Below are positions 60,403 to 64,000 of a DNA stretch of 64,000 bases, piece after piece. Source of the DNA: Antedon mediterranea (lineage: Eukaryota; Animalia; Echinodermata). Both the position numbers and the translations under genes were made by a program. Positions within the stretch are counted from its first letter, which is position 1; each line of letters starts with the position of its first letter. The notes below the pieces were generated by a model. The model saw only the letters and a program-made list of their open reading frames with translations. It was not told where the DNA came from and did not search any database. The stretch lies in the NCBI RefSeq assembly GCF_964355755.1, contig NC_092673.1:12310948-12374947 (forward strand), read 5' to 3'.

Positions 60403-63400
60403 ATGGAGGAGTTTCTTCAGAAATTTAGCATTAAAGATGAGACAATTAAACTGATTGAATAAGGTAAGAATATTGAATAAGATGATTATTTACAATAATG
60501 ATAATATAGAGAGGCGAGGAAGAAACATCAGTAACAAATTTACTGTATACTTTGAAATAATCCTAGCCTGAAGGCAGGGCGCGGTCGGCCGGTTGCATCC
60601 TGTTACCCTTTACTCGCACGGTACTCGCACGGAGACCGGTCCGGCTGCAGGAGGAGGAATAAACGCAAAAAGCATGACAACTTAAGGCCGCACTAGAGCT
60701 AGCTAGACATTGTCAAAATGCCTACTACTTATAATAGGCATAGGCCTAGTCTATTCTCCTTATGATGATATTAATTATTTAATAATATTTATTTAATATT
60801 AATTAATAATTAATATTTGTTTTAGGGGCTAAATAAATGAATTGGTCACATTTTTTTATTGGCCTACTAGCCTAAGATAATGAAATTGACATGCAGCAAA
60901 CCATGACCGAAGCAGATTTTTTACAAATAGGTGATATTTGGTGAGAGGCGTCGGTTGTCAATTGCTGTTAGGTCACTAAAACCACCAAGCTCAGGTGCAT
61001 CGTCATCACCCTCCAGATCAACGTCATCTGATCTGGACATACCGACACTTTAATCAACACCATCACCCACACCTACACTTTCTCCATCCACATCACGGCC
61101 ATCATTGCCATGTTCGAGTACACTTTTATTGACACGTACATCAGTAAGTAAGTTTGCTGTAAATCTTTGTAAAAACTATTGTCCAATTTCCTTTTTACTT
61201 ATGGTGCAAATAAAGAGGTATAATCATATTTAATCTATTTTTTTAAACTCCAGGATTACAATATTAAGCACATATTGGAAAACCATGTCAAAGGTGATGC
61301 GATCCTTGATGAATTAAACCAAAACAAAATGCCATCTGTGCAAAACCGAAGAAACTTGATCCAGATAACGGTGGCTGATCTTGTAGAAAGGGGTGGGAGA
61401 GGACTGTAAGTAGGTTACTGTTTATACAGTTGTATGGGATGTTGGTTATATAGAAATTGATAAAATTTGGTCAGTAACCGTCAAATCAATGTATTTCTAT
61501 ATATATCCATAGGTACCCTACAAAAGATCAGAAGCTAGCTTTGGCTAAATCGATCGTTGAACAATTTCCGTCAACGACACAATGCCAGGAGCAGAAGGCC
61601 ATGTAAGTAAGGGTATGTTTGCATAAAAAAAGGTTCATAATGGGTCAAAAGATTATGTAAACAAAAATTATTATGTATATAAAAAACCGTCCACACCAAA
61701 GTCAAATCGGGAACGATATTTGGGTAATTTCTATTTTTTTTAACTTCTACCTCTGTAATCACATTTTTTATGCAGGAACATTTCTACAACGAAGGTTCGG
61801 GTTTTATCGAATACCGACTTAAAACCCTTCGAGTTCCAATGGCTGCAAAAAGCACATGAAAAGACCAAGCAGAAGCTCACAGCGCCTGCAGCTACTATGG
61901 ATGATACACTGAATGTGAATGATTTTGAACCTACAGCTGAGCTTCTACAAAAGGTAATACATTATTTTAAAGCTACAATTAATAAAACTTAACTCCTTTG
62001 TTGCCCATAGAACTTTACCATCCAGTTTCAGAAAGATCAACTTGGTATAAATACCTTGAAAGCAGTTCTTATTTCCTTTTTGTCAAATACCGTATTAAAT
62101 TGTTTTAATTTTGTTTTCTTAAATATAAATATTTTTTATATATTATAACTTTATTTTACATAACTTTATTTAAGATTGAATGGATGAAGTATCACCCACC
62201 TAACCGTGAAAATACTGCGCAGATAAGGACATATTTTAAGGAGACAGCCACCATGAGGTCAACGATCATTAAAACAAAAATTCCTACAATAACAAAAGTG
62301 CTTGAAATGTTTCCACGAATGAAGGACATGCCATCATTGGTAAGATATTTACAATGACAATTTAAGTGTATGTATACTGGACCTATGGTTTAGTCCTTAT
62401 CCGAGAAGACTTTTTAAGAACAATGAAGTGCTGAGCATTGCCAATGTTATGGCTGTGGTTTGTGGTGCCCCTGCCTTACTGCTTGGCCCCTATACACCGC
62501 TCGATATTTGATATGTAACTTAGCACAATGAAATTATTCACATATTTATCACTTGTCTTTACCATTGTTTTTCCACAGATAAATCTTGATTTTAAGATCA
62601 CATATGGAGATGACATTTCAGATGGATTTTTATCTAGATGGAACGTTTTCTTTTAGAACCTATCTTGAAATACGCAAAGAATCAAATCAATGCAAATGTG
62701 GTTGGCATTCTTAAAAGTTTTGACGATGGTGGAGATCGTAAGTATGCCGGCGTGCACAGCCTAGGCGTAGTACACAGTATTACATGTTAAAAAGACAATT
62801 CTTTATCTAAATATTTACAATACCTATTCACAAGTCAAATGGCTTAAATTGAAAAGTTAGGTATATAAACTAAAAACATGATATCGTGTATGTTTATTTA
62901 CAGGTGACCTATGTGCCCTAAAGGTTTTAGCCCTGATGCTGCCATCTTCAAATGCACATTGTACAAAGAAAGGCAAAGGAAAATCAAAAGGAGCCAGTAG
63001 GGAGGAGTCACTTGACAACCAGTAAGTAACAAAATAATTCACAAGCAGTAACAATAATTGAGTCATCTTTTGTGCCTAAATAAATTTGCTGTTAACAAGT
63101 TTTGTTTCATTCACACATACAGTACATTTTTCAAATGTCCTATTATTAATGCCCTATTATGTTTCATCAATTGCGTAGTTTCATGCTGGTTTATCAATTA
63201 TTGACAGTACACAAAAATAAATGTACTTTTTATTCTCTTATTTAGATTAAACAAATAAGAACAACGATATTTCTTCTTATTTTTAGATTGGCACCAGTGT
63301 AGACACGTTTGCCAAAAACAAGAGTGACAAGTTCACCCAACCATTTTTGTTAGCCCTTGGTCCTTCCACAAATCCGGAACAATATTTTCTTGTCTGTGAC

Positions 63401-63582
63401 CATTGTGCTATTGAAGCTGGTTCGGCATTTAGTTTTTAAGTCATTTTATACTTTTAATGTTTCTTTTCCTGGCTGCCTTTACTCTTTTTATACTTATTTA
63501 TTTTGCCACTACTTCGTATAAGTGCAGCAAAACTTTTACACCGCAAGTGCGAGCATTCAATGCAATTTTAAATACAAATTAA
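60403..63582 (+). pseudogene. Second SAM-domain (SAMD3-like) EnSpm partner gene, 9 exons, pseudogenised
   Basis: Exons start at about 60403, 60877 (NEIDM..MTEADFLQIG..FGERRRL), 61254, 61513 (YPTKDQKLALAKSIVEQFP), 61776 (EHFYNEGSGFIEYRLKTLR), 62174 (EWMK..ETATMR..EMFPRM), 62579, 62903 and 63287 (QPFLL..FKSFYTFNVSFP). In-frame stop at 60460-60462 and frameshifts. Confidence 0.78.
62375..62500 (-). mobile_element. Degenerate Deu-like SINE fragment in an intron of the SAM pseudogene
   Basis: TACTGGACCTATGGTTTAGTCCTTATCCGAGAAGACT..TGCCAATGTTATGGCT matches 26860-26960. Confidence 0.6.
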
Positions 63583-64000
63583 ATGTAATCTTAAAGTTGC
63601 ATTCTCTGCAATTGTTGTTGTTTTGTAAAAATAATGCATATATATAACTTTAAAAACATTAAACCAAGTCATTTCTTGTCTTAAATGTACTTTCTAAGGT
63701 TAATTGTGATAACAAGAGATGCATTCTGGGATTTATAGCGGGCCGCTTAAATTCTTAAAATCGACATATTTTTCACATTTTTGACAGTTTAAAGACGAAA
63801 AGGGTTATCGAAATAGGATCATATATTATTTATTTTTACATAAAATGTATAGTCTGTGACCTTAAATTAGGTCGAAAAAACGTACAGAATGCAACTTTAA
63901 ATATTACAGCCATTTAACGCAAAAGTAAAATACGTACGTAATCCATTTTTAAATTTTGTTTTACTATTGCTTGTTTGGTGTTGTGTATAAAGTCAAAGAT

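Noticed and set aside
1-64000. Prokaryotic or phage system (retron, DGR, CRISPR-associated RT)
   Set aside because: All RTs are eukaryotic non-LTR or Penelope types, the genes have spliceosomal introns, and there is no operon-like structure.

Overview
AT-rich animal genomic DNA with spliceosomal introns. A marine invertebrate deuterostome, possibly an echinoderm, is inferred from the Deu-domain SINEs and TAGGCCTA richness. Two host genes can be fully assembled by eye, and they are convergent: a 5-exon MFSD6-like MFS transporter (+, 3553-6338, with a GC-AG intron) and an 8-exon MED27 (-, 9811-23245). From about 24 kb to the end there is no recognisable host gene. That part is a nested transposon graveyard: an intact-ORF Penelope element with a hammerhead-like 3' motif, L2, L1/Tx1 and Neptune fragments, two EnSpm/CACTA-type transposases, two intron-containing SAM-domain (SAMD3-like) partner genes, a Sola2 transposase, an Academ XPG-like fragment, and many non-autonomous Helitron/Helentron (HINE) elements, MITEs and SINEs. 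Highlights: (i) all nine protein-coding TE insertions from 24 to 64 kb lie on the + strand, suggesting a uni-strand piRNA-cluster-like locus; (ii) an intact two-exon orphan gene (41685-42691, -) sits inside that region; (iii) an EnSpm transposase is paired with a SAM-domain gene; (iv) there are several templated duplications. All family assignments come from remembered motifs; no database searches were run.
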